64,000 nt of DNA, taken from Gemmatimonadota bacterium (lineage in GTDB: Bacteria > Gemmatimonadota > Gemmatimonadetes > Gemmatimonadales > Gemmatimonadaceae). The stretch covers positions 64,001 through 128,000 of the forward strand of contig JAZJZK010000007.1 in NCBI GenBank assembly GCA_040389905.1, written 5' to 3'. Shown here piece after piece: positions 19,466 to 30,800 of the stretch; positions within the stretch are counted from its first letter, which is position 1, and every line of letters starts with the position of its first letter. Made by a program: the position numbers and the translations under genes. A model generated the notes under the pieces. The model ran no database searches. It was not told the origin of the DNA and was given only the letters and a program-made list of their open reading frames with translations.

Positions 19466-19957
19466 ATGAAAACGCCAACTATCCATCCCCACGCGTTCGT
19501 CCACCCCGCCGCCCACGTCATCGGCGACGTCACGCTCGGCGCGCGCGTGAGCGTGTGGCCCACTGCTGTCATTCGTGCCGATACCGACGCCGTCGTCATC
19601 GGCGACGATTCCAACGTGCAGGATGGCGCGATCATCCACTGCGACCCCGGCATCCCGTGCACCATCGGCAATCGCGTGTCACTCGGTCACCGCGCCATCG
19701 TGCACGGCGCCACGATCGACGACGACGTGCTCGTCGGGATGGGGGCCGTCGTGCTGAACAACGTTCGAATCGGAAGCGGATCCGTAATCGGGGCAGGGGC
19801 GGTGTGCCGCGAGGGCACGGTCATTCCACCCCACTCGCTCGTCGTGGGTGTCCCGGGCAAAGTCATCCGGGAAACGACCACGCTGGAGCGCGAGCGAATC
19901 GCTCGCGCAGTGGCCTCGTACCTATATCTCCAGGACGTACATCGTTCCGGCGGTTGA
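19466..19957 (+). CDS. Gamma carbonic anhydrase family (hexapeptide repeat) protein
   Basis: IGDVTLG, SNVQDG.IIH, GHRAIVHGATI. Confidence 0.92.
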   Translation: MKTPTIHPHAFVHPAAHVIGDVTLGARVSVWPTAVIRADTDAVVIGDDSNVQDGAIIHCDPGIPCTIGNRVSLGHRAIVHGATIDDDVLVGMGAVVLNNVRIGSGSVIGAGAVCREGTVIPPHSLVVGVPGKVIRETTTLERERIARAVASYLYLQDVHRSGG

Positions 19958-19976
19958 CCGCAATTGCGACTGTCGA

Positions 19977-22900
19977 TTACGGCGTGAGACGAAGCACCGA
20001 GCTCCCGAGAATCACCAGGAATTCGGTATTCCTCCACACGACTCGGCCGCCCCCGTTCACGTCGACGGGCGCACCAGTCGCGGTTGCGATGTAGGTGCGT
20101 CCACCCGCACGGAACACCGTCGTCCCATCGCTCCCGATCGCATCGATCGAGGCACTGGACGTGAGCGAGGAGACTTGTCGCAGCGTGCCCGATGGTGCGC
20201 GCAGCCACACCTGGCGAATATTCGATCCGTCGGGCTTGAGGAATGCGGTCCAGCCATTGTTCAGTTCGTAACTGTAGGCCGGGTCGCCCAGGTTACTGTA
20301 CACATAGGTGGCGAGCGTCGTTTCGGTCGTTCCGTCGTGCAGCACCGTGTAGTAGGTTCGTGTGCCGCCCGTCGATGGTGTCCTCCGGGTGAACACGACA
20401 TTGGTCCCATCTGTTCTTGGATCGACGTTCCACCACGTCGCATTGTCGTCGTTCGTCAGTCGTTGCACAGCGCCAGCGTGGTACCAGTAGACGTCCATGT
20501 CTCCGCGACCCATGTACGCGATGGATCCGTCTGGTGCCACGTCGTTGTTGGTATTGTTGGCCCACGACGTCACGAGGATGTCGCTACCTGAGATCAGATC
20601 GCGACGGTAGAGGTCGAACAGTCCGGGCGCAGGGGATGTCGTAAACGCCGCATAGTTGCCGTTCACGACGATGTTCCCCCAACTCTCGAGATTCGTCGTC
20701 GTGTAGAGCGAGCCACTCCGGTAGTCGTACAGCGAGTAGTTCACCGAACCGGCGACGCCCGCGCCCAGGATGGCCCCGAGCGGCGTCACGAGGCGCGTCG
20801 TCCCCGTCAGTCCGGTGGGCAACGGTATGGTGGTACTCGCGCTGCTCGACAGATTCCAGAGCGCGAGGGGCTGGCCGCCGTCACTCGGACGCCGGTATAT
20901 CGCGCGGTCCCCGCTGGCGTCATCGACGTTGCCTGGGGCGGTGCCGAGGAGCGTAAAGTGCGCGCTGGAACTGACGTACACTGCTCGCTTGATCGTCGTC
21001 GAACGTCCCTGCGAATCCGTCCCCTTGAATACGATCTCGATTGTCTGTCCGGTGTAGCTGCTCACCGAGGTCGAGCCACTGACGCTGCTCGTCCCGGTTG
21101 CGAGCATCGGTCCACCGGTGATAGACACCGTCAGGCTCGCGCAGCCCGCCGGGTCATCATCCCCGCAGGTGGCCGCATAGTTCAAGGTGCCGATCGCCGC
21201 GCTGGCCTCGGTGGGCGACGACACCGAAACGCTCGGCAGCGCATCATGGATGATCGGCTTGGTGGCCGATGCCGTCACGCCATTCGCATCGACGGCCGTC
21301 GCGACGACGAAGAGTGTGTCCCTCGAGAGCCCCGTGAGGTCCATCGTCCCGGTCCACGTTGTGGACGTCGGGCTGTTGCGCGTAATGGTGACTGGCCGCC
21401 CGCCTACCGTCACCGACATGGATGTGATCGTCGTGTTGGACGCCGCGCTGACGTTGAGCGAGTAGCTGTCGCCGGCGTACGCGTACGCAGGAGGAACTCC
21501 GATGGCGACATGCAACGGCGAGAGCTCGAAGTTCGCAACGAGCGTCCGGTTGCCGGTGACCGCGAACGGATAGTCAGTGAAGGGGTGGACGATGACCCCG
21601 TTCTCCGTCCAGTTCAGGAAATTGTAGCCAGAATTCGGAGCCGTGGCGACACTGATCTTCGTGCCGACGTCGTAGGTCGAAGCGCCATACACCGCGCCGC
21701 CTCCGGACGGATTCGCCGATACGGCGATGACGCCGCGCAGCGAGGTCGTCGCGAAGTTTGCGACGAGGGTGCGCGCGCGCGTGACGTTGAAGGTGTACTG
21801 CGAATCCGTAGAAACGACCGTACCATTCTCCATCCAGTTGGAGAACTTCCACCCCGCATTCGCCGTGACCTGAACAGTCGTCGCCGTGCTCGTTTGAACC
21901 GAGGTGCCGCCGCCGAGCGTCGTGCCGGCGCCAGAGGGATTCACCGACGTGGCGATCGCGACGTTGCCGTCGACCTTGAACGGGATCGTCACGACCCCGC
22001 CCGAGGCGGAGTACACAGTGATGCTCGCAGTATCCGGCACGAGGCCGGTCACCAGACCCGAGGAGGACACCGTCAGAACAGCAGGCCTGATAGACGCATA
22101 CGTCAGGCTTGCGCACGCCGTCACATCTGCGCCGCCGGCATCCTTGGCCAGTGGCCGGAGCTGGGCCTCGGGCTGAAGGGGCACGTGTGTGCGAAAGACC
22201 TCGTTGGCAGGGTCGAAGCTGCCCAGCGTGGCGGCATAGCTGTGTGGGACAGTGAGCGTTGCGACCGTCGCCGGCGTGGACAGCAATGTATTGGTTCGCG
22301 GAGATGCGCTGAGGCCGACCGAGAAGCGGGCAATCTGCTGGGCGTCGACGATGTTGATCGTGCCGTCCGCCGTCACATCACCGTTCGTGGCCAGCGCAGC
22401 CGGGTTCGCCACGCTCAACCCCACGCTGGAACGTGCCAACTGCTGCGCGTCGACGATGTTGACCGTGTTGTCCGCGTTGACGTCGCCCCAGTAGCCACCC
22501 TGCGCGATGCAGGCGTCCAGCCAGCGCACCCGAACGAGCGACATGATGTTCGCCGCCGTCTCGTTGCCGGCCGCCGTGGGCCGAACCTCCACGGTGGTCG
22601 CGCCGGGGGTGCTCGTGAAGTAGACGGTCGCCATGGTGACCGTCGTCGTTGTGCCGGTGGCGTTGAAGATCGAGAGCGTGAGGTTGCCGTTCGCGGCGTC
22701 CGCCGCATTGGCGGTGAGGCTGCCGAAGTTCCCGGCCTTTACCGAATCGAAGGTCAGCCGCGTCGCTCCCCACTTGAGCTGTGTCGTCAGCGAGGCGAGG
22801 TTCGCGCCCGCGGCATCGCTCATGTCGATGATGATCGGTACGGCGACCGTCGTGTTGGGCGCATACGTCGCTGCGCTCACGCTGCCGGCGCGCACGTGGA

Positions 22901-22979
22901 TTGTGCCTTGGGCGGCAAGGGGCGCCGAGGCGGCCAACGCAGCGGCCAGCATGAGTGGCGCGATCACAGAACGTCGCAT
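19977..22979 (-). CDS. Secreted cohesin - dockerin - Big_2 - InlB-B-like repeats - Ig - beta-propeller-like protein
   Basis: Same cohesin/dockerin N-terminus; two GWKFSNWMENG / GYNFLNWTENG...LVANF repeats. Confidence 0.85.
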   Translation of the reverse strand: MRRSVIAPLMLAAALAASAPLAAQGTIHVRAGSVSAATYAPNTTVAVPIIIDMSDAAGANLASLTTQLKWGATRLTFDSVKAGNFGSLTANAADAANGNLTLSIFNATGTTTTVTMATVYFTSTPGATTVEVRPTAAGNETAANIMSLVRVRWLDACIAQGGYWGDVNADNTVNIVDAQQLARSSVGLSVANPAALATNGDVTADGTINIVDAQQIARFSVGLSASPRTNTLLSTPATVATLTVPHSYAATLGSFDPANEVFRTHVPLQPEAQLRPLAKDAGGADVTACASLTYASIRPAVLTVSSSGLVTGLVPDTASITVYSASGGVVTIPFKVDGNVAIATSVNPSGAGTTLGGGTSVQTSTATTVQVTANAGWKFSNWMENGTVVSTDSQYTFNVTRARTLVANFATTSLRGVIAVSANPSGGGAVYGASTYDVGTKISVATAPNSGYNFLNWTENGVIVHPFTDYPFAVTGNRTLVANFELSPLHVAIGVPPAYAYAGDSYSLNVSAASNTTITSMSVTVGGRPVTITRNSPTSTTWTGTMDLTGLSRDTLFVVATAVDANGVTASATKPIIHDALPSVSVSSPTEASAAIGTLNYAATCGDDDPAGCASLTVSITGGPMLATGTSSVSGSTSVSSYTGQTIEIVFKGTDSQGRSTTIKRAVYVSSSAHFTLLGTAPGNVDDASGDRAIYRRPSDGGQPLALWNLSSSASTTIPLPTGLTGTTRLVTPLGAILGAGVAGSVNYSLYDYRSGSLYTTTNLESWGNIVVNGNYAAFTTSPAPGLFDLYRRDLISGSDILVTSWANNTNNDVAPDGSIAYMGRGDMDVYWYHAGAVQRLTNDDNATWWNVDPRTDGTNVVFTRRTPSTGGTRTYYTVLHDGTTETTLATYVYSNLGDPAYSYELNNGWTAFLKPDGSNIRQVWLRAPSGTLRQVSSLTSSASIDAIGSDGTTVFRAGGRTYIATATGAPVDVNGGGRVVWRNTEFLVILGSSVLRLTP

Positions 22980-23058
22980 GAATTTCACTGAGTGACTGAA
23001 GTGTTACGGACCTCGTTCCGATCCTGACAGTGCAATTTACGGCGCGGCTGGCCGTGGA

Positions 23059-23214
23059 TGTCATCCCGAGCGACCGCGTAGCCCGCTCCCCAAGCGTAGT
23101 CGACGAGCTTGCTTGGGGTGACAACGCTTGAATGGGCGGTTTCAGGATGGACGCTCGCTCGTTTTTGTCGCTTGCTCTTTTTGTCGCCCTGAGCGGAGCG
23201 AATGGCCTGCACTT
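23059..23214 (+). repeat. REP-like family A hairpin plus family B copy
   Basis: tgtcatcccgagcg...gcttggggtgaca; ttttgtcgccctgagcggagcgaatggcctgcac. Confidence 0.8.
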
Positions 23215-23674
23215 GCTATCGCGCCCGCTGGGTAATTTCGGATCGAGCGAACACATCGGCGCTAAAGTTGCAGGGCCCGCTTCGACGTGTTTCCAGGCAA
23301 GTTGACGGCCGCAGCATTCCGACGCAGAAGCGGCAGTATCGGCCTCAACCACGAAATACTTAAGCGCTCGGTCCCCGTCTAAGTGCTGTCCAGCTATGCG
23401 TTTAAGATTTTCTATGCGTCGAAAAGTTGCGCGCGGCGCTCACAATTGACTCATCAATTCGGCCGCTCCACATGTTCTCCACGTTACAAAACTAGGTCTG
23501 CCAGCAAAGTGATGCACCAATTGGAACTCGTTATATTTCATGGACTTAAGGTAGGGCTGGCGCGGACTCACATGTGAAGTAACTTCCGCCCCCTCAGTAA
23601 GAACAGCACCGTGCACCGAAGGCGGCGTTGGAGCCGTCAGAGTTCATAAAGAAGTCAATTCCGGAGAAGTGCCC

Positions 23675-26188
23675 ATGTCCCTGTCCGCTACGCCACCATC
23701 TGGTCCCGTCACCCTGTCCAGCAACGCCCGCACCGTTCTCGAAAAGCGCTACCTCATTAAAGACCGGACAGGAAAGGCCACGGAATCACCAGAAAGTTTG
23801 TTCTGGCGAGTCGCGACAGTAGTTGCAGAACCCGACGCCCGCTATGGCGCCACCGAAGACGACGTGCAGCGTACCGCCGAGGAGTTCTACTTCCTCATGA
23901 CGCAGCGCCGCTTCGAGCCCAACTCACCCACCCTCATGAACGCCGGCCGCCCACTCGGCCAGCTTTCCGCGTGCTTTGTCCTGCCCGTCGAGGATGCGCT
24001 CGCCAACGGCAAGAACGGCATCTACGACACCCTCAAGGCCATGGCCATCATCCACCAGAGTGGTGGTGGCACCGGCTTCGGCTTCTCGCGTCTCCGCGGG
24101 AAGGGCAGCATGGTCCGCAGCACCACCGGCGTGGCCAGCGGCCCCATCAGCTTCATGAAGCTGTATGACGCCAGCACCGATGCCGTGAAGCAGGGTGGCA
24201 CCCGTCGTGGCGCCAACATGGGCATCCTGCGCGTCGACCATCCCGACGTGATGGACTTCATCGCCTGCAAGGAAGACCTCACGCAGGTCACGAACTTCAA
24301 TATCTCCGTCGCCGTCACCGCGAAGTTCATGGACGCGGTGAAGAACAAGACGTCCTACGATCTCTACGATCCCTCCAACGGTGCCGTCGTCGGCTCGCTC
24401 GACGCGAACATGGTGTGGGACAAGATGATCCAGGGCGCGTGGAAGACCGGCGAGCCTGGCTGCTTCTTCATCGACGAAGCCAACAAGTACAACCCCGTGC
24501 CGCACCTTGGTCCCTACGAGGCGACCAATCCGTGCGGTGAGCAGCCGCTGCTGAGCTACGACGTGTGCAACCTCGGGTCGATCAACATCGGGTTGTATGT
24601 GAGAGACGGGCAGTTGGATTGGAGCGCGTTCGGAAAGGACATCGCGCTCAGCACGCACCTGCTCGACAACATCATCGACGCGAACAAGTATCCGCTGCCG
24701 GAAATCGACGCACTGTCCAAGCGCATCCGCCGCATCGGACTCGGCGTCATGGGCTTCGCCGATGCGCTGATCAAGCTCGGCATCGCGTACGACTCCGCCG
24801 AGGGTGTGGAGTTCGGACGTCGCGTGATGGAATTTTTGGACGTTGAGTCAAAGAAGGAGTCCGAGCGGCTGGCGAACGAGCGTGGACCGTTCCCCGAGTG
24901 GGCGCGGTCGATCTGGGGTCCGGATTCCACCTGCGCGCGCGACGCGAACGGCAATCGCATTCGTCCGATGCAGATGCTGCGCAACTGCAACGTCACCACC
25001 GTTGCGCCCACCGGCACCATCTCCATCATCGCGGGCTGCTCGTCGGGGCTGGAGCCGCTGTTTGCCGTTGCCTTCATGCGCAACCAGGCCGGCGTGATGA
25101 TGCCGGATGTGAACGAGGAGTTCGTCGCCATCGCCAAGCGTGAGGGATGGTACTCCGACTCGCTGATCGAGAAGATTGCGAAGGAAGGGCACGTCAACTT
25201 CAGCGAAGTGCCGGTCAAGTGGCAGAAGGTGTTCGTCACCGCGAACGCTATCGCGCCCGAGTGGCATGTGCGGATGCAGGCGGCTTTCCAGTTGCACTGC
25301 GACTCGGCCATCTCGAAGACGACCAACTTCTCGCACGCGGCGACGGTCGAGGATGTGCGCGCCATCTATGAGATGGCGTATGAGATGAAGTGCAAGGGCG
25401 TCACTGTCTACCGTGATGGGTCGCGCGATGCGCAGGTCTTGTCGACGGGCGCGACGCAGAAGGCCGCCGAGCAGCGTGATGCCAAGCCACCGACCGCCGC
25501 TGAGCGCCGGGAGATTGGCGACCTGCATGGTACGATCGCCGAGAAGGACGTGGAGATCGAGCGGTTGCGGAAGCAGTTGTTCGATGTGGAGGCCGAGAAC
25601 CTTCAGCGTCGGCAGAAGCGCTCGCGGCCTGACCGGCTGCGTGGAACCACGCACCGGCTTGAAACCCCGCTCGGTACGATGTTCGTGAACATCACCGAGG
25701 ATGATAAGGGGCAGCCGTTCGAGGTCTTCATCACGCTCGGCAAGGCTGGCGGATCTGCCATGGCGGATGCGGAGGCGATGGGGCGGCTTATTTCTTTGGC
25801 ACTACGGTCCGGCATTCCGATTACGACGATTCACAAGCAACTGCGGGGGATCTCGTCGGATCGTGCGGTCGGGTTTGGGGCCAACAAGGTGTTGTCGGTG
25901 CCGGATGCCATTGGAATCGCGCTCGAGCAGTGGTGGAAGGACAAGGAGGGGGTGCAGCAATCACTGCTCGACCTGTCTACGCCGGTTCATGGGACGCCGG
26001 TGCCACCCGAGGCGGTTGTCGTCTCGAGAACGTCGGGGCAGACAGGAGCCGAGGCGCAGCAGATGACATTCGAGGCGTACAACGGGGGCGAGACGTTCAT
26101 GGGGACGTGCCCGGACTGTGGGTCACAGCTGGAGTATGCTGAGGGGTGTGTGAAGTGCCATGTGTGTGGGTTTAGTGAGTGCGGGTGA
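23675..26188 (+). CDS. nrdJ: Adenosylcobalamin-dependent (class II) ribonucleotide reductase with TSCPD domain and C-terminal zinc ribbon
   Basis: PNSPTLMNAG, LSACFV, GGTRRGANM, TNPCGEQPL, CNLGS, VAPTGT, C-terminal CPDC...CHVCGFSECG; GGAG RBS. Confidence 0.95.
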   Translation: MSLSATPPSGPVTLSSNARTVLEKRYLIKDRTGKATESPESLFWRVATVVAEPDARYGATEDDVQRTAEEFYFLMTQRRFEPNSPTLMNAGRPLGQLSACFVLPVEDALANGKNGIYDTLKAMAIIHQSGGGTGFGFSRLRGKGSMVRSTTGVASGPISFMKLYDASTDAVKQGGTRRGANMGILRVDHPDVMDFIACKEDLTQVTNFNISVAVTAKFMDAVKNKTSYDLYDPSNGAVVGSLDANMVWDKMIQGAWKTGEPGCFFIDEANKYNPVPHLGPYEATNPCGEQPLLSYDVCNLGSINIGLYVRDGQLDWSAFGKDIALSTHLLDNIIDANKYPLPEIDALSKRIRRIGLGVMGFADALIKLGIAYDSAEGVEFGRRVMEFLDVESKKESERLANERGPFPEWARSIWGPDSTCARDANGNRIRPMQMLRNCNVTTVAPTGTISIIAGCSSGLEPLFAVAFMRNQAGVMMPDVNEEFVAIAKREGWYSDSLIEKIAKEGHVNFSEVPVKWQKVFVTANAIAPEWHVRMQAAFQLHCDSAISKTTNFSHAATVEDVRAIYEMAYEMKCKGVTVYRDGSRDAQVLSTGATQKAAEQRDAKPPTAAERREIGDLHGTIAEKDVEIERLRKQLFDVEAENLQRRQKRSRPDRLRGTTHRLETPLGTMFVNITEDDKGQPFEVFITLGKAGGSAMADAEAMGRLISLALRSGIPITTIHKQLRGISSDRAVGFGANKVLSVPDAIGIALEQWWKDKEGVQQSLLDLSTPVHGTPVPPEAVVVSRTSGQTGAEAQQMTFEAYNGGETFMGTCPDCGSQLEYAEGCVKCHVCGFSECG

Positions 26189-26220
26189 GACGAGGATGAC
26201 ATGAACTCCGCATCTGGCTG

Positions 26221-27228
26221 ATGGCCGACAGTTCCGCACGGCTCGAACCAGAAGCCATTCGCGCTTGGCTGGCGTCGGATGGCGGGTTCTATTCTGACGA
26301 TGCGGTAGTGTCAGTGCTCACGCGCTGCCGCTCGCTGACTGAGGTTCGCTTCGCTGCCGGGCTGCTTTCAGTGGGTGGCTGGTATGTCAAGGACGCTGAT
26401 ACATTCGGCCATCCCCGCTACCTGTTGCGGCCACAGTTTCGCTTCGCCGGGCGCGTGGTTTCCTTTGTACTCAACTCGCGATGGACGAAGAAAGCGGCGA
26501 TAGTGGACGTAGTGAGAGATGCACATGATTCGGCTCGGAGCCCGTTCGCCACAACGGTTCGCGAACGAGGGATGCTGTTCATTCCGGTTGATGAACTCAA
26601 TTGCGTCGAAACAGCCCGAGAGCTTCACGCGTCGCTGGAAAAGGAGTTCCAGCTAGACTATCGGCGTGATCCCGAGACGGCCTATGCCGTGCCGGCGCTC
26701 GTAAAGCGCGTTCTGCAACGTGAATTCGACTGGAAGCAACTCGCGATTACCGAGCGCGCTCAACGATATCCGGCATGGGTGTCGGCCTATGGGCGGACGT
26801 TGCACTCGGGAGGCATACCATCGCACTACATGGCCGTGATCTCCCGGTGCGAGACCTCCAGTGAACTACGCTTCGTGCTTCCGATCCTCAAGGCGCGGCG
26901 ATGGCGCGCTGGCGCACAGAACAGACTGATCTCGGACGGATTCGAAATACGAATTCAGGAGAATGCCGCGGAAGCGGTTTTTGACTTTGTTCTGATCGAC
27001 CGAACAACCGGGCGAACGTTCGCCCTTGACGTTGTCTCTCCGCTTGACACATCCAAGTCACCCCTCCAAAGGGTGCAACACCGCGGCGCGGCGGAAGCGC
27101 TGAAGTGGCATTATGAGCAAATACCCGCAATAGATGCGGCAATGAAAGGCCAATTCTGGTCGGGTTTGTTACTGGAATCTGCTCCTCATGCCACAAACGC
27201 CCCGGCGGTAACTTGGCCACAAGGCTAG
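26221..27228 (+). CDS. Hypothetical protein with two tandem degenerate DUF559/Vsr-like nuclease-fold units
   Basis: Internal repeat RCRSLTEVRF...RPQ...SFVL...AIVDV and RCETSSELRF...RIQ...DFVL...ALDV. Confidence 0.5.
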   Translation: MADSSARLEPEAIRAWLASDGGFYSDDAVVSVLTRCRSLTEVRFAAGLLSVGGWYVKDADTFGHPRYLLRPQFRFAGRVVSFVLNSRWTKKAAIVDVVRDAHDSARSPFATTVRERGMLFIPVDELNCVETARELHASLEKEFQLDYRRDPETAYAVPALVKRVLQREFDWKQLAITERAQRYPAWVSAYGRTLHSGGIPSHYMAVISRCETSSELRFVLPILKARRWRAGAQNRLISDGFEIRIQENAAEAVFDFVLIDRTTGRTFALDVVSPLDTSKSPLQRVQHRGAAEALKWHYEQIPAIDAAMKGQFWSGLLLESAPHATNAPAVTWPQG

Positions 27229-27861
27229 CGTCTAGTTCGGCGTGGCGGGCACGAAGAATGTCGCCGGATGCGAGGAAGCGCTCACCTACTGCATCGCGTG
27301 CCGACGTGCGAAGTACGATCAAGCGTGCTTCAGCACCTGCCAACACCGCGCATGAACACCGGACTGACCTACTGCGGCCTTAACGTCTTCTCAAACGATT
27401 GGCAATTACGGCAGGCGTGTCCGACCAAGCAACACCCCTCCTCCGTCAGCATCGCTCTGACATACCGCAGGACAATAGATCCTCGGTGCCGGCAATCTGA
27501 TCGGCAGCCCGCGCGATTGGATGCAGAGGAACCCGGACTGACCTGGCAACGGCCAGAAGTACTCGAATCTAGCCCAATTCTGCTGCGATGAACAATATGT
27601 AGCATAATTGTACTGAATTGATACGGGAGCACTGACCACAACCATCAGACCCAGGCTCCGGAATGACCATATGAAGTCGCCGCTTTGTAGCTCATGGCAA
27701 TTCAAAACCTGGACATTTCAACTCGTCGACGGAGCGTCTGAGTGCGGTTACTGGCAATGTGGCACGAACGACGCTCTCCGAATAGAGGACCACAGGGCGG
27801 GCCAGCCGCGCTAACGCATGCAGGCAACCTACGGTCATCTCTCCTTCCTTAGGCAATTCGC

Positions 27862-30800
27862 ATGAGCCAACAGCGTACTGCGTCAGGCAGAACCAACGGG
27901 CGCGTAGTATTGACCGCAGATGAGCTGGCGACGCCGTTGCGCCTCGCCAACTCTCTAAGAGCGCGCAATTGGCTATGCGAAGACGCGTCGAGCATAGAGC
28001 TCCCAGAACATCTCGATGAAGTACAGGTGTCACTGATTGATTGTCCTCACATAGACTTAGAACAGGTTGCCTTGATTGCATTGCTCATCCGGTTCATTGC
28101 GGACCATGGGAGGAGACTCTACGTAAGGTGGCCGGAGAATACGAATGAGGAGCAGGCGGGGCGATGCCGCTTTCTAACACGCATCGGCCTGCCTGAGGCC
28201 ATCGGTCTCAGAGCGCCAGAATATCCATGGCAATCGAGAGTCCTTGAAATAAACAAACTAGCATTTCCTTCCGAAGGGTCATGGGAAGACAAGCAAGCGG
28301 TGCGCCGATACCTACCATTGACGTGGTTCGACAAGAAGTCATTTAGCTATGAAGAGCCCATATGGGAGGCAAGCGCGTACCTCCGGTCAGCGTTCACAAA
28401 TAGACTTCGAGAGCAACTCACTGCCGGCGGCTTTCTTGACAGCAAAGCGATACTAACGCTGAATACCGCCCTCTTCAACGAAGCTGCCTGGAACGCAGTC
28501 CTTCACGGCGGAAACAACCCCGGGGATGGATGGGGCGTCATGTGTGCGCACATGGACAGCGAACAGACGCGTTCGTCGAAACAATCAACCAAGATCGAGA
28601 TTGTTGTAGCCGACCTCGGGCAAGGAATTCCACAGTCTCTCGGTGAAACGTTCGAAGCCACGGCTCCTGAGGCGATTCGTAAGCGTGTATGCTCGCGCGC
28701 CTCGATGATTACTCTTTTTGCACTTACGCCGGAAGGAAGCCGCCGACCGATTCCCCACAAGAAGCGCGGCTCCGAGTCCGTAGGTGGTTTGACTGACCTT
28801 GCGTACCTGTCTGCAGCCTGGGGCCGGATGCGTCTGTATTCTGGAGGCGGAGGGGTGGAGGTGGCTGGTGGAAACCGGGGCGGAGCGCTCCAGCAGCGGA
28901 TTCGCGTAGACGACTCAAGAACGCACGCGGCACTCCCCGGAGTGCAAATTTCCTGCTCGTTCGAGGCTCCAACTGCTTCTGACAGGGTTCTCTTTGCCTC
29001 GCAGCGTCAGGAATGGGCGAACGATGGCGACGTGATCTCGGCCATTGATGCTCTCGGATCTTGGGGAGCAATTACAACGCACGAGGCAATCAACGACCTC
29101 CTCTCAGCTCTGCCCAATTCATCAGGAACAGCCATCATTGACCTCGGATACGCACCGATCGACAAGGATAGCCTTCGAACGCTCATGCGGACGATTCACG
29201 CACGCGAACGTAAGAGGATGATTGTCTATTGGAATGTTGCTGCGGACTGGGCCTTGCTCAGCGAGACGGCAGCATGGATGGCCACGCATGCCGTCGCAAA
29301 TCAACCACCGACACTTGTGGTCCGTGCAGTAGATGACGTGGCATTGCTTGGAGCGACGCACAGTCCCCAGTTGTTGGCGGCCGTCGAAAAGACACATGGA
29401 CTGGTGGTCGATGCAGAGCAAAGTGCACAGAAGGGTGAAGCGATTCTAGCGTGCGCCCTTGAAGGCGGGGCGTACAACGCTGTGACGTCGAGGTGCAATG
29501 TTGCGTTCGTCGCCCGAGGATTCGATGCTGCTGGCCCAGGAGCGGGATTCTACTCCGGTAAAATACACCTGCTTAGCGGAACCACTAGGCGCCGTTTCTT
29601 TTCGCTCAGTAAGAATATCGCTGTCGCCCATGGGAACACTGTCAGGTGGGCCGAAGCGCTTTACGGACTTCTTCTTGCAGGACTCGCCGAGGAGGACATA
29701 GGAGACGACGGACACTTGGTCCTTGTAGGTTTCTCAACATCAATTGCCAAAGTCGCTGACATAGTGTCCAGTAGACTCGCCGCGACGCACGCGCATTCCG
29801 CAATCAATCTACTCTCATTCGATGCACCGACTCAGGAGGAACTACGACCATTAGTTCAGCGGGATAGCAAAGTAGTCTTGTTGACGGATGCGGTATCAAC
29901 CTCGTCTTTGTCTGACAGTGTCGTGGCGGCCGTGGAACGGTGTGGCGCCAAGGTCGTTATGATGGCTATCGCAGTAGACGCCAGAGCTGAAGCCACTGTT
30001 TCTTCGTGTCCAACGTCCGCTTCGGTCACACTCGACCCAGGGCCAGCCAGCCATGAGGGCTCGGCCAAGGAATACTGGGTGGACCCGATTTCGCAGATCC
30101 CTGCCGCAAGCCGTGAGTGGGATACTGCCATTGATGCCCGGATTCCGCACACGCTTTCACTAATTCACTCGGCCAGGGCTGTACGGTGTGGACACATTGT
30201 GGATGGTGCTCGGCATTCGGAAGTTTATGTGGATGTGAAGGAGCTGATAGATCGATGTCCGTCGCAGCTATTTGATACCAGTCAGGCCGAGATGCGCGCC
30301 CGTGTGTCAAAGCGCGGTTGGGGAGATTTTGTCCCGTCGGTGCTACTGTACCCAAGCGGGATCCGTCGGATTGAGGTTATGCGGTCGCATCGGGACGTTG
30401 GCGCTAGCCGTCCTGCCTACGAGACCGCCGTGCAGCAACTGCGACGCCTCCTTTCACCTCTCTGGAAGCCAGCAGGAAGAGAGATTGTTGAGAAGGAGGT
30501 ACTGCGAACTTTTGATCCCGGTGGGCGGTCTCGCTGCCAGGCCGTACTTGAGTTCACGGAGCCCATCGCCGTGCATCCGAGCCGCGACAAGCCAGACATG
30601 ATGGTGGTGGATGACGGACTTTCCTCGGGAAGGACGGTGAGAGAGTTGCTCAGACTAGCGGCGGCAGCTGGCGCCGGGCGCGTGCTAGTGTTCTGTCTTG
30701 TTGCGCGCCTTAAACCGCGAGACCTTGAGTTTTGGGAGTCGCTCCGAGTCGTGTCCAGCGACGGCGGCGACGATGTAGAGACTTGCGTCGTACTTCCCCT

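Noticed and set aside
20958..22991. Long antisense ORFs (e.g. 20958-22991, 47761-49068, 59357-60601)
   Set aside because: Shadow frames typical of high-GC coding DNA; no motifs
23220..23674. Cobalamin riboswitch or NrdR boxes upstream of nrdJ
   Set aside because: No B12-box or convincing NrdR palindrome found by eye
23675..26188. Intein or intron in nrdJ
   Set aside because: ORF is continuous; the extra segment is a coiled-coil linker with no splicing motifs
27229..27861. Short ORFs or ncRNA between the island genes
   Set aside because: No motif or stable structure recognised; AT-rich part is likely a promoter region
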